Below, piece by piece: positions 32,610 through 42,563 of a stretch of 64,000 nt of DNA. Source of the stretch: an uncultured Spirochaetota bacterium (GTDB lineage Bacteria > Spirochaetota > Spirochaetia > SZUA-6 > Fen-1364); assembly GCA_963745235.1 (NCBI GenBank), contig CAVUXE010000099.1, positions 64,001 through 128,000 of the forward strand. The letters run 5' to 3'. The position numbers and the translations under genes were made by a program. Under the pieces are notes generated by a model. It saw nothing but the letters and a program-made list of their open reading frames with translations. It was not told where the DNA came from and did no database searches. Within the stretch, counting starts at the first letter, position 1. The number at the start of each line of letters is the position of its first letter.

Positions 32610-34397
32610 CTATTTGCCTTCGTGCTGGACGGACCGCATGATCCTGTTGATCTCCTCCAGCGGTGACACCCACTCCCTGAAATGAAGGCTCATTTCCCTG
32701 CCGTGTGGTCCGACGAACGGGATCTCCACGCCAAGGCAGTCCTCGATGGGACCGCTCAGCCCGGGGAACATGTCCGCGCGCAAAGGGGTGAACACGTACT
32801 TCCCATCCTGGTTCCTTATCTGGGCGATGGAAGAAGGGACGCGCACCAGGAAGATGAGGTACGATGAGAAGCCTCCCCCGACGCTGCGGCCGCCGCCTTT
32901 GGGAATCCTGTGGACGTTCCTGAAGCCGACGTGCTGGTTCTGGAGGCTCACGCGCATCTCGATAAGAGGCGCCAGGGTTCCCTGCTGGAGCTCGGACCTG
33001 GGTAGTGACCGCTTGAGGCTCGTCATGGTGGGCCGGACGCGCTTGCGGCCGGGTACCGGGACAGGGGCTTCGCGCTCCAGTGGCGCGCCCGTGAGACGCC
33101 CGGCGGGACCGCCGATGGAGAGGAGCGGGACCCTCTTGCCGAACGCCGGGCGCGCGGCCTGCGCCTCCCGCGCGCCGGACACCCGAGTTTCCGCCTCTTC
33201 AGCAGCCGCCGCTCCTCTTCTCTGCCGAGGCCCGGCTTCACCGGCTGCCGGGAGCACCCGGGCCCGCGCAAAGCCGGTCACCGGAACTTCCTGCATCTTT
33301 TGTCGCAGGAAGAGGAAGAGACGCACCAGGCCATACAGGATTGCAAGGGCAATAAGGATATACACGACGTACAGGAATGTCAGGCGAGGGATGGGAAGAC
33401 CGCCTTTGCCCGTGTAGGTGAATGAGAGAGTTCCCGTAGTGGGCGATATTCGCAGGTCGCCGTCGAAGATCAGCTGAACGTTTGCGGCGTGGTCGCCCGT
33501 GGGGTAGGACAAGGGAAGGCGGATAACGACATCAAGGGGAGCTTCGGCGTTCGGGGCAACGGTGATGGAGACTTTCCTGTCCAGGAGGTCGGTCCCATCG
33601 CTCTGCACGCTGGAAAGCCTGACAATGATGGGCTCCGATTTCCAGTTCTTCACCCGGAATGGAGCGGTAAAACGGTTGCCGACCTTCCCAAGGGCGGGAG
33701 GGAAGATCAGGCTCGGGAAGCCCGTCGTCATGCCCGTCACGGTCTGCTTCTCATTCTTGTGGTACGGCACGATGGGCACGCCCAGGCCCTGGGCCAGGTC
33801 AGGGAGGTAGCTCTTCAACCCTTCCTCTCCCGGGGCAGGCTCGGGCGGGACCTTGAGGATGTTGACCGTCCAGCCCTCTTTCTTCATGGCGGCCGCAACG
33901 TCCGCAACAGCTTTGCGGACATCCGCCTCACTCAGCTTGCTGGTATCGCTTCCGGGAGGGGGGTCGTTGACGCCGTCGGTGATCAGGATGATCTGCTTCG
34001 GATTGGTCTCCGGCAGCTCCTTGGCGTACTTGTACAGGAACTGGAGCGCGGCAGGCAGATCCGTGTACCTGCCCAGCGGGTGCAGGAGGAGGATCCTCCC
34101 GAATGCCCGGTCCACGGCCTCAGAGCTGTTGATCTCCAGGGCGATCTCCACCTCCGGCGTGCTGTCAAAGCTGAGCAGGTGGAATGTGTCTCCCCGGTGC
34201 AGCCGCGTGGCGAGCAGGTCATGGATGAGGTAGTTCATCAGGTCGTCGAAATACGGAAACATGCTGGCCGAGGTGTCAACCATGACGATCAGGTCGATGT
34301 TCTCCGCTGCGGCCGGCATCACGGCAAGGAAGAATGCAAGGACGGCGACAGCGATCAGGAGGGCGCGCGGGGCGCCGTGTCTGCCATTTTTCCTCAT
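32610..34397 (-). CDS. vWA domain single-pass membrane protein
   Basis: Signal peptide, MIDAS motif VDTSASM, YTDL, ILITDG, Ig-like region, TM helix, cytoplasmic tail; ATGA overlap with the greA stop. Confidence 0.88.
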   Translation of the reverse strand: MRKNGRHGAPRALLIAVAVLAFFLAVMPAAAENIDLIVMVDTSASMFPYFDDLMNYLIHDLLATRLHRGDTFHLLSFDSTPEVEIALEINSSEAVDRAFGRILLLHPLGRYTDLPAALQFLYKYAKELPETNPKQIILITDGVNDPPPGSDTSKLSEADVRKAVADVAAAMKKEGWTVNILKVPPEPAPGEEGLKSYLPDLAQGLGVPIVPYHKNEKQTVTGMTTGFPSLIFPPALGKVGNRFTAPFRVKNWKSEPIIVRLSSVQSDGTDLLDRKVSITVAPNAEAPLDVVIRLPLSYPTGDHAANVQLIFDGDLRISPTTGTLSFTYTGKGGLPIPRLTFLYVVYILIALAILYGLVRLFLFLRQKMQEVPVTGFARARVLPAAGEAGPRQRRGAAAAEEAETRVSGAREAQAARPAFGKRVPLLSIGGPAGRLTGAPLEREAPVPVPGRKRVRPTMTSLKRSLPRSELQQGTLAPLIEMRVSLQNQHVGFRNVHRIPKGGGRSVGGGFSSYLIFLVRVPSSIAQIRNQDGKYVFTPLRADMFPGLSGPIEDCLGVEIPFVGPHGREMSLHFREWVSPLEEINRIMRSVQHEGK

Positions 34398-37093
34398 ATG
34401 TTTTTCAGATCCGCCTTCTCGATGTTCTCGACGATGTAGTGAAACTCGTTCTGGTTGATCGTGAATGCGAACTCTTCTCCCGGCTTGTGAGCCCAGAGCG
34501 CGGCCCCCAGCGGTGAAAGATACGAAATGACGTTCCTGCTCGGATTGGACTCCCACGGGCCCAGGATGACGTATTCTTCGATCTGGCTCGACTTGAGGTT
34601 CTTCAGGCGCGCCCGTGTCCCGAAGGAGATGCTTTCCGTCCTCACCTCGTTCTCGTTGAAGATCTGCGCCTGCTGGACCTCCTCCTTCAGGCGCGACGCG
34701 GTGACCTTGAGCATCTCCTGCTTCTCCAGGGCGGCCTTGTATTCCGCGTTCTCCCGCAGGTCTCCCTTGCTCATGGCCACGCCGATCTCCTTCGAGTTTT
34801 CGGGTATCTCCACGTCGATCACGCGTTTGAGGTCCTGCTGCTTCTTCTCGAAGCTCGCCCTCGTCACGAGGAGCCCCAGGCTGACCTTCTCCACCCCTGG
34901 CTCTCCCAGGAAGTGGAAATCCGGGAATCTCTCCTTGATCCGGTGCTTCAGCTGGATCTTCAGCGACGGGTCGAGCTCCTTGACGTCGTCCACGAGCGTG
35001 AACAAGCGGGTGATCGAATCCCTGTCAGCGGCCATGAGAAACTCCAGGAGCCTGCCCTCCTCAAAGAGGAACTCCTGGATCTGGCGGTTGGCCTTCCTGC
35101 CGACGCTTGCGTTCTGCTTGTTGGCAATATCGCGGAAGGTGATGTCCAGGAGGTGGATCATGCCGATGAAGACCTTCTCCCGTGAGATCGATATGCGCTC
35201 CTCGAGCCAGCGCTCCCGCAGGAGGTTCTTGGCAACCCAGACAAACGCCTCTCTCTGCTCGCGGTACCGGGAGACAACGGAGGAAAGCATGGTGCCCAGG
35301 ACGTCCCACTGCGCGTTTGCCACCAGCTCATCTACAATGAACTTGGATGGGAACATCACGAACAGACGCGTGAAGACGGACGGCCAGTCCGCGATGTTCT
35401 TCTTCACCGCCACCAGGAACTCCTTCTTCAGGTCCGGGTCTTCCAGCCGGGAGAACGTTTCCTCCAGGTTCTCGATCTTCCCGAACAGCTCCTCGAAGGT
35501 CAGCTGCACGCCGGTGGACAGGAAGGGATAGAAGGTGATGATCTTCTGGACCAGCAGCCAGCTTCCGATCACCGTTTCGGAGACCGCCGTATATCCCTTC
35601 AGGAACGACGTGAAGTAGGAGAACATCTCCGTGAACCAGTCAGAGTCCGGCTCCGCTCGTCCGCCCTGGATGTAGTCCTCCATGGTCTTCACCCGCTCGA
35701 AGAAGCCCTTTTCCGCCTTGAACTTGTTGTAGATCTTCTCCTCGAAGGATATCGGCTTGTCGCGCACCACGAACTGGTCCACCTTGTCCGGCAGGTTGCC
35801 GAAGGCGGAATCCTTTTTCAGGATGGAGCGGGCCTCGGTGCTCCATCGAGACCACTCCCCCGCGCCGAGCACGTCCGGAACCAGCTCCGCCTTGATCTTC
35901 TTCATGTCGGCCTGGTTGCCGAAGCTCCGGATGATGGTCCGCAGCGCCCACGCAGGCTCACCCTTGATCTTCTGGGCGAGCTCTTCCTTGGACATGGTCC
36001 TCTTGAGGACCCAGACATGCTCCGCGGAGAGGACCTCCAGGGCGCTCACCGCCATCTTGAGAGACATCTTGTGCTGCGACTTGTTGGAAAAGTCGATGGT
36101 GAAAGTGTCATCCTTGCTTGCCGAGATGCGGCCGATGCCCCACGTGCGGTGAAACACGTAGTTGCCGGTGTCGAAGGCGATGTGCTTCTCGAAATCCGCG
36201 ATAGCTTCATGCACGTTGCGCCAGTTCTGCGTGAGGTTGGAGATCTTTATGTACTCCTCCAGCTGGCTGTGCTTGGCGTATTTCTGCCGGTAGCACTCAA
36301 TGATGTCTTTCCGCGCGGGGCCGTTCTTCGAGTCGTAGGCAAGGATCTTTTTCAGGATCTCTATGGAGGTGTCCCAGTCTTCCTTCTCCTTGTAGTGCGG
36401 GATGAGCGTGCTCAGGAGAGCACCGGCGCGCTCGCCGCTGATTGCCCGCGCAATGCGCCCCTCGATGTGGAAAAAGAAGTCGATGTCTTCCGGGCTCAGG
36501 TGGATGAGCTTGTCCCACAGCTCCTTCACGCTGGCGAACTGTTTCTTGTTGATGAAACGGTGGATCGCCTTCTTGTAGTAGTCAACCGCGGCGGCGAGGT
36601 CCCCGTCCTGCTCCCGCTTTTCTCCGAGGATCTTGACGATGTCCGCTTCCTCGTAGTCCACGCGGATGAGCCGGTCCCACACCTCCAGCTTCTTTGCTTC
36701 GTCAGTGCGGTTTTCGTAGCATTCCCCCAGCGTGCGCAGGGCGTACTTGTTCTCACCGTATTCCAATATTCTTTCGGCCAGGAACTCCACGACGTTCCAC
36801 TTGTGGTTGTCCATGAATATGCTGATCAGCATGATCAGGTTGGTGTCATCCACCAGCTCGCGGGACAGCGCCAGCACGCCGGAGAGGTACAGGGCGATGA
36901 TGGAGTTGCTCGTGTGCTTGAGATGCTCACCGGCGAGCTCCCGCACCTCCTCCGCAATCCCTTCCTCCCGAGCCTGCTCGATGAGCGCGTCAAGGTCCTT
37001 GAAGTTGGTGATCGAGTAGCTGTTCAAAGTCGCACGGGTCCACTTCTCCTCATTGAGAAGGTCAGTAATCGTCTTCAGCAGTTCCGTTGCCAT
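34394..37093 (-). CDS. greA: Large spirochete-type transcription elongation factor GreA (899 aa)
   Basis: C-terminal KGDLRENAEYKAA, ISFGT, ILGPWES, ISYLSPLG after a long TPR/helical N-terminus. Confidence 0.95.
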   Translation of the reverse strand: MATELLKTITDLLNEEKWTRATLNSYSITNFKDLDALIEQAREEGIAEEVRELAGEHLKHTSNSIIALYLSGVLALSRELVDDTNLIMLISIFMDNHKWNVVEFLAERILEYGENKYALRTLGECYENRTDEAKKLEVWDRLIRVDYEEADIVKILGEKREQDGDLAAAVDYYKKAIHRFINKKQFASVKELWDKLIHLSPEDIDFFFHIEGRIARAISGERAGALLSTLIPHYKEKEDWDTSIEILKKILAYDSKNGPARKDIIECYRQKYAKHSQLEEYIKISNLTQNWRNVHEAIADFEKHIAFDTGNYVFHRTWGIGRISASKDDTFTIDFSNKSQHKMSLKMAVSALEVLSAEHVWVLKRTMSKEELAQKIKGEPAWALRTIIRSFGNQADMKKIKAELVPDVLGAGEWSRWSTEARSILKKDSAFGNLPDKVDQFVVRDKPISFEEKIYNKFKAEKGFFERVKTMEDYIQGGRAEPDSDWFTEMFSYFTSFLKGYTAVSETVIGSWLLVQKIITFYPFLSTGVQLTFEELFGKIENLEETFSRLEDPDLKKEFLVAVKKNIADWPSVFTRLFVMFPSKFIVDELVANAQWDVLGTMLSSVVSRYREQREAFVWVAKNLLRERWLEERISISREKVFIGMIHLLDITFRDIANKQNASVGRKANRQIQEFLFEEGRLLEFLMAADRDSITRLFTLVDDVKELDPSLKIQLKHRIKERFPDFHFLGEPGVEKVSLGLLVTRASFEKKQQDLKRVIDVEIPENSKEIGVAMSKGDLRENAEYKAALEKQEMLKVTASRLKEEVQQAQIFNENEVRTESISFGTRARLKNLKSSQIEEYVILGPWESNPSRNVISYLSPLGAALWAHKPGEEFAFTINQNEFHYIVENIEKADLKNI

Positions 37094-37124
37094 TCTTCAC
37101 TCCTCCAAACCGGTTCCATTCTTC

Positions 37125-38066
37125 CTACGTCGTATATTCCCTGTGCACCTGGGGGTCCAGGTCCCGAATCTTCTCCAGGACCTCCTCGATGCGCTCTCTC
37201 TGCTCGCCGGCCGCCAGGTAGTGGTCGATGAGCCAGAAGTAGCGGTTGATCAGCCGGGGCACCAGGAGCTCGCGTTCGACCTCCTGCTCCTTTTCCAGCT
37301 GGTAGACGGCCTGCTTGAGCTTGCCCAGCTCCAGCGGCTTCAGCTCGCGCCGCACGTTGAACACCCCCCAGATGGCCCCCCACACGGGGACCCATTCGTT
37401 CAGCGCCGGGCCCGAGAGTCCCATGCCGCGCAGCTTTCCGCAAAGCCGCGCGATGAGCGGGGATTCGAGGCCGGCCAGATCGATGGCCTGGGCGTCTATG
37501 AAGAAGGCCTCGCGGAAAAAGACCTTCGCCGCCCGCGTCTCGTTCACCAGCGAATAGCAGTCCGCCAGCTCCGCCAGGATCTGCGCGTCTTCCTTCCTCT
37601 CCAGGTTGGCCCGCTCGAGGTGCTCGATGGCCTTCTCGTAGTTCCCGATGCCCTTGCAGCAGCGGCCGACTTGAAGGAGAAGGTCAGGGTCGGTCGGCTC
37701 CTGCTCCGCGGAGGCGCTGAGGTAGCTTGCGAGCGCGGAAGAGAAGACATACTGCTTGATGGCAAACAGGTACCTCTCCGGCACATCAGCGAGCCTCTGC
37801 TCAAAGGCCAGGAAAAGCTTCCAATAGGCGAGGAGCGTCTCTCCCCGCTCGAAGCCGTCCCGAGGGACAAGCTCTCTTTCCAGGCGCTCGCTCCAGAAGG
37901 AGGCGCACTTGAGCACGGAGGCGGCGCCAGGGTATTCCACGTCCATTTCCAGCACCTTCTCCAGCGCGTCGATTGCCTCAGAAAACGCTCCCTCTCTCAG
38001 ATTCTGGCAGGCGGTATTGAGAACCTGGTTGATCGTGTCGTCCGGAATGAGCCGCCTCTCTGTCAT
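37125..38066 (-). CDS. TPR-containing protein
   Basis: TPR motifs (VGRCCKGIGNYEKAIEHLERA; LADCYSLVNE); first gene of the greA operon. Confidence 0.85.
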   Translation of the reverse strand: MTERRLIPDDTINQVLNTACQNLREGAFSEAIDALEKVLEMDVEYPGAASVLKCASFWSERLERELVPRDGFERGETLLAYWKLFLAFEQRLADVPERYLFAIKQYVFSSALASYLSASAEQEPTDPDLLLQVGRCCKGIGNYEKAIEHLERANLERKEDAQILAELADCYSLVNETRAAKVFFREAFFIDAQAIDLAGLESPLIARLCGKLRGMGLSGPALNEWVPVWGAIWGVFNVRRELKPLELGKLKQAVYQLEKEQEVERELLVPRLINRYFWLIDHYLAAGEQRERIEEVLEKIRDLDPQVHREYTT

Positions 38067-38202
38067 TCGGTTGGGAGATAGCGTAAACACTGCCGGAAAG
38101 AGCAATTACTGTCTATCACACCCCGCGATGAGTATCGCATTCCAGCTGTTTTTCGTCAATGAGGCATCACCAAACACCATGCGGTAGGTCCCAGCGTCTC
38201 GT

Positions 38203-38230
38203 TTGCAAACAAGGACGCTTTTGATACAAT
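38203..38230 (+). promoter_or_regulatory. sigma70-type promoter of rpe with extended -10
   Basis: TTGCAA, 16-nt spacer, TACAAT preceded by TGn; ATG lies 9 nt downstream. Confidence 0.7.
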
Positions 38231-38239
38231 GGGAATGGT

Positions 38240-38908
38240 ATGGCTGCAGGCGAAAGGAAAATCCTCATTGCGCCCTCTGTTCTCTCCGCGGACTTCGGAT
38301 CGTTGGCGGACGCCGTCAGGCTGGTGGAGAAGTCCGGAGGGGATTTCGTGCACCTGGACGTCATGGACGGGTGCTTTGTCCCGCAGATCACCTTTGGCCA
38401 GAAGGCTGTCACCGACCTGCGCCCCGTCTCCCGCCTTCCCTTCGACACGCACCTGATGATCTGCCAGCCGGAGCACGCCATTGACGGATTCTGCGAGGCC
38501 GGCACGAACTACCTCACGGTCCACTGGGAGGCGGCCACACACATGCACAGGATCCTCACGGAGATCCGAAAGAAGGGGAGCCGGCCGGGAATCGCAATCG
38601 TGCCATCCACGCCCGCGGAAGCCCTTGTCGAGGTGCTTCCCCTGGTCGACATGGTGCTCGTCATGACGGTCAACCCGGGGTTCGGGGGCCAGGAGCTGAT
38701 ACCCCGGTGCCTGCGAAAGGTGGAGGCGCTGGACAGGATGAGGCGCTCGGGGGGACATCAGTTCCTGATCGAGGTGGACGGTGGGATCAACAGGGGCACC
38801 GTCCAGTCCGCGCTGAACGCGGGAGCGGACGTCATTGTCGCGGGCTCCGCGGTTTTCAACGCGCCTGATCCCTCGGAGGAAGTAGCCCTCCTGAGAGGCA
38901 AATGGTAG
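38240..38908 (+). CDS. rpe: Ribulose-phosphate 3-epimerase
   Basis: IAPSVLSADF, HLDVMDG, DTHLM, MTVNPGFGGQ, IEVDGG, VAGSAVF. Confidence 0.98.
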   Translation: MAAGERKILIAPSVLSADFGSLADAVRLVEKSGGDFVHLDVMDGCFVPQITFGQKAVTDLRPVSRLPFDTHLMICQPEHAIDGFCEAGTNYLTVHWEAATHMHRILTEIRKKGSRPGIAIVPSTPAEALVEVLPLVDMVLVMTVNPGFGGQELIPRCLRKVEALDRMRRSGGHQFLIEVDGGINRGTVQSALNAGADVIVAGSAVFNAPDPSEEVALLRGKW

Positions 38909-39002
38909 AATCTCCGACGGCCCGCCCGGGGCGCGGCGCCGCTGCTTTCGTTTCAGTTTGGCGCGCAGCCAGTCGAAAGTTTAAGGAGGTGCAAAAAAGC
39001 GC

Positions 39003-39974
39003 ATGAAGCATCCGAGCCTTTGCCTCCTCATTTCGGTGTTCGGCCTCAGTGCGCTCGTCATTTCCGCGCAGGCTCCCCTCTTGAACCAGGCCATCCAGCT
39101 CTTTCGAAACGGGCAATACGAGAAAGCGCTTCCCGTTCTTCGTGCCGTGATCGACGACCCGTCGGCCGCGGCCCAGAAGCCGGATGCATACCTGCTGATT
39201 GCGAAATCGTACATGGCCCTCGGCAAGCTGGATGAAGCAGACAAGAGCCTTGAGCTCTACCTGACAAGCTTCGTCGGAGCCGCAGACTATCCCGAGGCCC
39301 TTTACCAGAAGGGGAGGCTCCTGTTTCTCCAGGAGGAATACGAGCAGTCCATCCAGGCCCTTCAGCAGTTCATTACCACGTATCCGGCCTCCCCCTTCGT
39401 TTCCAACGCGTGGTTCTGGGTCGGAGAGAGCCTCTACAGCCTTGGCCACGTGGATGACGCCCAGAAGATCTATCAGAAGATCCTCACCGATTTCCCATCG
39501 AGCGTGAAAGTCGAAGCCGCGCAGTACAAGGTTTCCCTGATTCAGCTGCAGAAAAGAGAGATCGAGCTCGGCAAGCTCCTGAAGTGGAGCCATGAGGACT
39601 TCCTCAGAAGCCTGGAGGAGTTCCAGCGCCGGGAGAAAACGTATGAGCAGGCCATAGAGATTTATCAGAAAAAGCTCGGGGGCGGCGCCGACCAGGACCA
39701 GAAGACCATCTCTGACCTTCGCGCAGAGCTTGCCAGGAAAACGGCGGAGGCACAGGACCTGTCAGCGAAGCTTGCCCAGGCTGGAGCTTTGCCCGCTGCC
39801 GCAGGCGGCGCGGCCGCGCCGGCCACCGGCGCCCAGGGTCCCGGCTCAACCGCCGCGGCGTCCCAGCTGGCGCAGATCGAGCAGCGCGAGCGCCTGCTTG
39901 CAATCAAGGAAGAGGCCCTTGCGCTGAAGGAGAAGTACCTAGCGGCCCTCGAGTCTTCGGCAGGGGTGAAATGA
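39003..39974 (+). CDS. Exported TPR protein (CpoB/BamD-like TPRs) with C-terminal coiled coil
   Basis: RBS AAGGAGGT, signal peptide, FITTYPASPFVSNAWFWVGESLY. Confidence 0.85.
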   Translation: MKHPSLCLLISVFGLSALVISAQAPLLNQAIQLFRNGQYEKALPVLRAVIDDPSAAAQKPDAYLLIAKSYMALGKLDEADKSLELYLTSFVGAADYPEALYQKGRLLFLQEEYEQSIQALQQFITTYPASPFVSNAWFWVGESLYSLGHVDDAQKIYQKILTDFPSSVKVEAAQYKVSLIQLQKREIELGKLLKWSHEDFLRSLEEFQRREKTYEQAIEIYQKKLGGGADQDQKTISDLRAELARKTAEAQDLSAKLAQAGALPAAAGGAAAPATGAQGPGSTAAASQLAQIEQRERLLAIKEEALALKEKYLAALESSAGVK

Positions 39975-41032
39975 GCGTGCGCGCAGGGTCCCTGCTCGCG
40001 CTGCTCCTCCTTGCGGCCGCTCTCCCTGCCTCCGCGCTGGAGCTGAGCCAGGGAAGGATCAAGCTCACCCTCGTCGAAGGTACCGGCAGGTTCTCCCTTT
40101 CGTATCTCACCGCGGCGGGCTCGTACGTTCCCCTCCTTTCCCCGCAGGATCCGAGGACAACGATGTTGAGCATCGTCCTGAACAGCAGCATCTTCAGAAT
40201 GGGAGATTCAGCCAGTTTCACTGAGACAGTCGAGAAAACGGGCACCGGCGCGCAATTCGTCTGGAAGTCGGATTTCCTCACGGTTACCGAGGGTTTTTCT
40301 TTCATCTCCTCCGTCGGGGCAACGGCGGCAGACGGCATGCGCATCGATCTGACGCTGAAAAATACCTCCCGCCAGGACTTCACTGCCGGCGTGCGCTACC
40401 TCTTCGACACGTGGCTCGGTGAGACAGGACCGACGCCATTTGCAACGGACACAATGCCCGTGATCAAACGCGAAACAACCCTCTCCGGCCGCAGCCTTCC
40501 ACGCTGGTGGGTGTCCCCGCTCGCCGGTGATCCTGAGCAGCTGGGACTCCAGTGCATGGTGACGGAAGACGGAATCACGCAGCCGGACAGGATCGTGTTC
40601 GCCAACTGGAAAAGGCTGAGCGACGCGGCCTGGGCCTATGATTCATCCAGTGCCAGGGACTTCAGCCTCCTGCCGTACTCCAAGAACGATTCCGCCGTAG
40701 CCCAGTATTACGCGGCGCGCCCCCTGGGGCAGGGCAGCCAGTTTACCGTGACAATCGTGCTCGGCAAGTTCAATCCCGCCGGATTCCCGGCCACCACTGC
40801 CGTAGCCTTGGGAGATTTCGCGGGGGCGGTGCAGCAGTCCCTTGCGGCCGGGAAATCTGCGGCGGGAGGCGCCCCCGCGATGCGGGCGAACCTGGACACG
40901 GTGAACACCATTCTCTCACGCGTTGACGCCGCGCTTGCCCCCGGGGGTGCCGACGTCACGGAGAGCGAGCTCACCGTGATGGAGTCCGCCATCCGCGACC
41001 TGAAGGCCCGCGCTTCGACGAACAGCAAATGA
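39971..41032 (+). CDS. Exported hypothetical protein (beta-rich, helical C-terminus)
   Basis: 353-aa ORF with signal peptide and ATGA overlaps at both ends. Confidence 0.8.
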   Translation: MSVRAGSLLALLLLAAALPASALELSQGRIKLTLVEGTGRFSLSYLTAAGSYVPLLSPQDPRTTMLSIVLNSSIFRMGDSASFTETVEKTGTGAQFVWKSDFLTVTEGFSFISSVGATAADGMRIDLTLKNTSRQDFTAGVRYLFDTWLGETGPTPFATDTMPVIKRETTLSGRSLPRWWVSPLAGDPEQLGLQCMVTEDGITQPDRIVFANWKRLSDAAWAYDSSSARDFSLLPYSKNDSAVAQYYAARPLGQGSQFTVTIVLGKFNPAGFPATTAVALGDFAGAVQQSLAAGKSAAGGAPAMRANLDTVNTILSRVDAALAPGGADVTESELTVMESAIRDLKARASTNSK

Positions 41033-42103
41033 AGGGGAAAGGCCTCGGCGAGGCGCGAAAACTCTTTCGAGCCCGCAAGTTCCCGGATGTCATACGAATC
41101 CTCGAGCCGGAGGTCTTCCGCTACCGGGAGAGCTTTGACTACTTTTCCCTGCTCGGATTCTCCTGCATGCACACGGGAGATTTGGGCGGCGCCTTCTCTT
41201 ACCTGAGCCGGGCCCGGCAGCTTTCTCGGGACAGCGTAAGCGCCCTCCTCGGACTTGCCGCAATCCATTTCCGGCGTCACGAGACCGAGGAAGCCATCAA
41301 GCGCTGGCTTGAAGTTCTCGAGTTGGAGCCGGGCAACAAGGTTGCCCGCCGGGGAATGGACCTGCTTCGTCGCGGTCTGTCGCCGGAGAAGCTCCAGGAA
41401 TACATAGACGCGGGGAAGGTGCGCGCGCTGTACCCGCCGCTCCCGGCACGGGGCAGGGCGGGGCTCATCGCCATCATCCTGCTGGGGGCAGTAGCGCTGG
41501 GCGCCGCCGGCTACCTGGGGGTGCGGTATTTCCCGCAGCGGACGGCCGAGCGACCAGGCGTTTCCGGTATCGACATTCCCAGCGACATCCCCCGGCTCAC
41601 TGACACGGGGTCGGATTTCACCTACATGATGACTGAAAACGACGTCCGCAACGCGTTCAGGAAGGCCAAGGGTTTCCTCCTGGCATATCGCGACAACATG
41701 GCAACCGTTGAGATAAACCGCATTCTCCTGTCGAACGCCGCTGTTCCCGTCAAGGAAAGGGCGCGAATGCTCAAGGGCTTCGTGACCCAACCGGACTTCC
41801 TGACCTTGAAGGATTCCTTCCCCTACCCGGACGGTTGCCGGGGAGCCTCCCCTCTATGACGGTTGCTCGGTGAGCTGGCGCGGGAAAATCGCGAACCTCA
41901 AGGTCGGAAAAAGCGCAATAACTTTCGACCTGCTCGTCGGCTATGACAAGGAAAAAGAGCTGGAGGGGATTGTCCCTGTCACCCTGGGCTTTGCCGCTGA
42001 TCTCGCCAACGGCGGCGGGATCGAGGTGCTGGGCCAGATAGCCTACGCTGCCGGCAAGCTCGGTCTGAACGCCATCTCCATTCACAAGCTGGCTGGAAAC
42101 TAG
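41029..42103 (+). CDS. TPR + TM + OB-fold-like membrane protein (frameshift ~41835)
   Basis: N-terminal TPRs, TM helix [20 protein letters not shown]-terminal [10 protein letters not shown]...IEVLGQI in the next frame. Confidence 0.78.
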
Positions 42104-42113
42104 GGGGGGCACG

Positions 42114-42563
42114 GTGCGCGCCGTCGTTCAGCGGGTCCGGGAGGCCGCCGTCAATGTCGGTGAGCGACAGGCGGGCAGAATCAGCTCCGGGCTGCTCGTG
42201 TACCTCGCGGTGGGCAGGGACGACACGGACCGGGATGTGCGCGCCATCTGCGACAAGATCGCGAACCTTCGGATTTTTCCCGACGAAAATGGAAAGATGA
42301 ACCTTTCCGTCACGGAGCTGCACGGAGAGATCCTGGTGGTTTCCCAGTTCACTCTCTTCGGGGACGCCCGCGAGGGAAGACGTCCGTCCTACACGGAGGC
42401 CGCGCCTCCTGAGCTTGCACGGACCCTGTACGAGAAGGCAGTTGAGGTCTTGCGGCTTGCGGGGTTCACGGTGGCCACCGGAGAGTTTCAAGCGTCCATG
42501 GAAGTCACCTACACCAACGTCGGGCCCGTGACCATCCTCCTGGATTCGGAGAAGAAGTTCTGA
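42114..42563 (+). CDS. dtd: D-aminoacyl-tRNA deacylase
   Basis: MRAVVQRV, LRIF.DENGKMN, SQFTL, GRRPS, NVGPVT. Confidence 0.97.
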   Translation: MRAVVQRVREAAVNVGERQAGRISSGLLVYLAVGRDDTDRDVRAICDKIANLRIFPDENGKMNLSVTELHGEILVVSQFTLFGDAREGRRPSYTEAAPPELARTLYEKAVEVLRLAGFTVATGEFQASMEVTYTNVGPVTILLDSEKKF

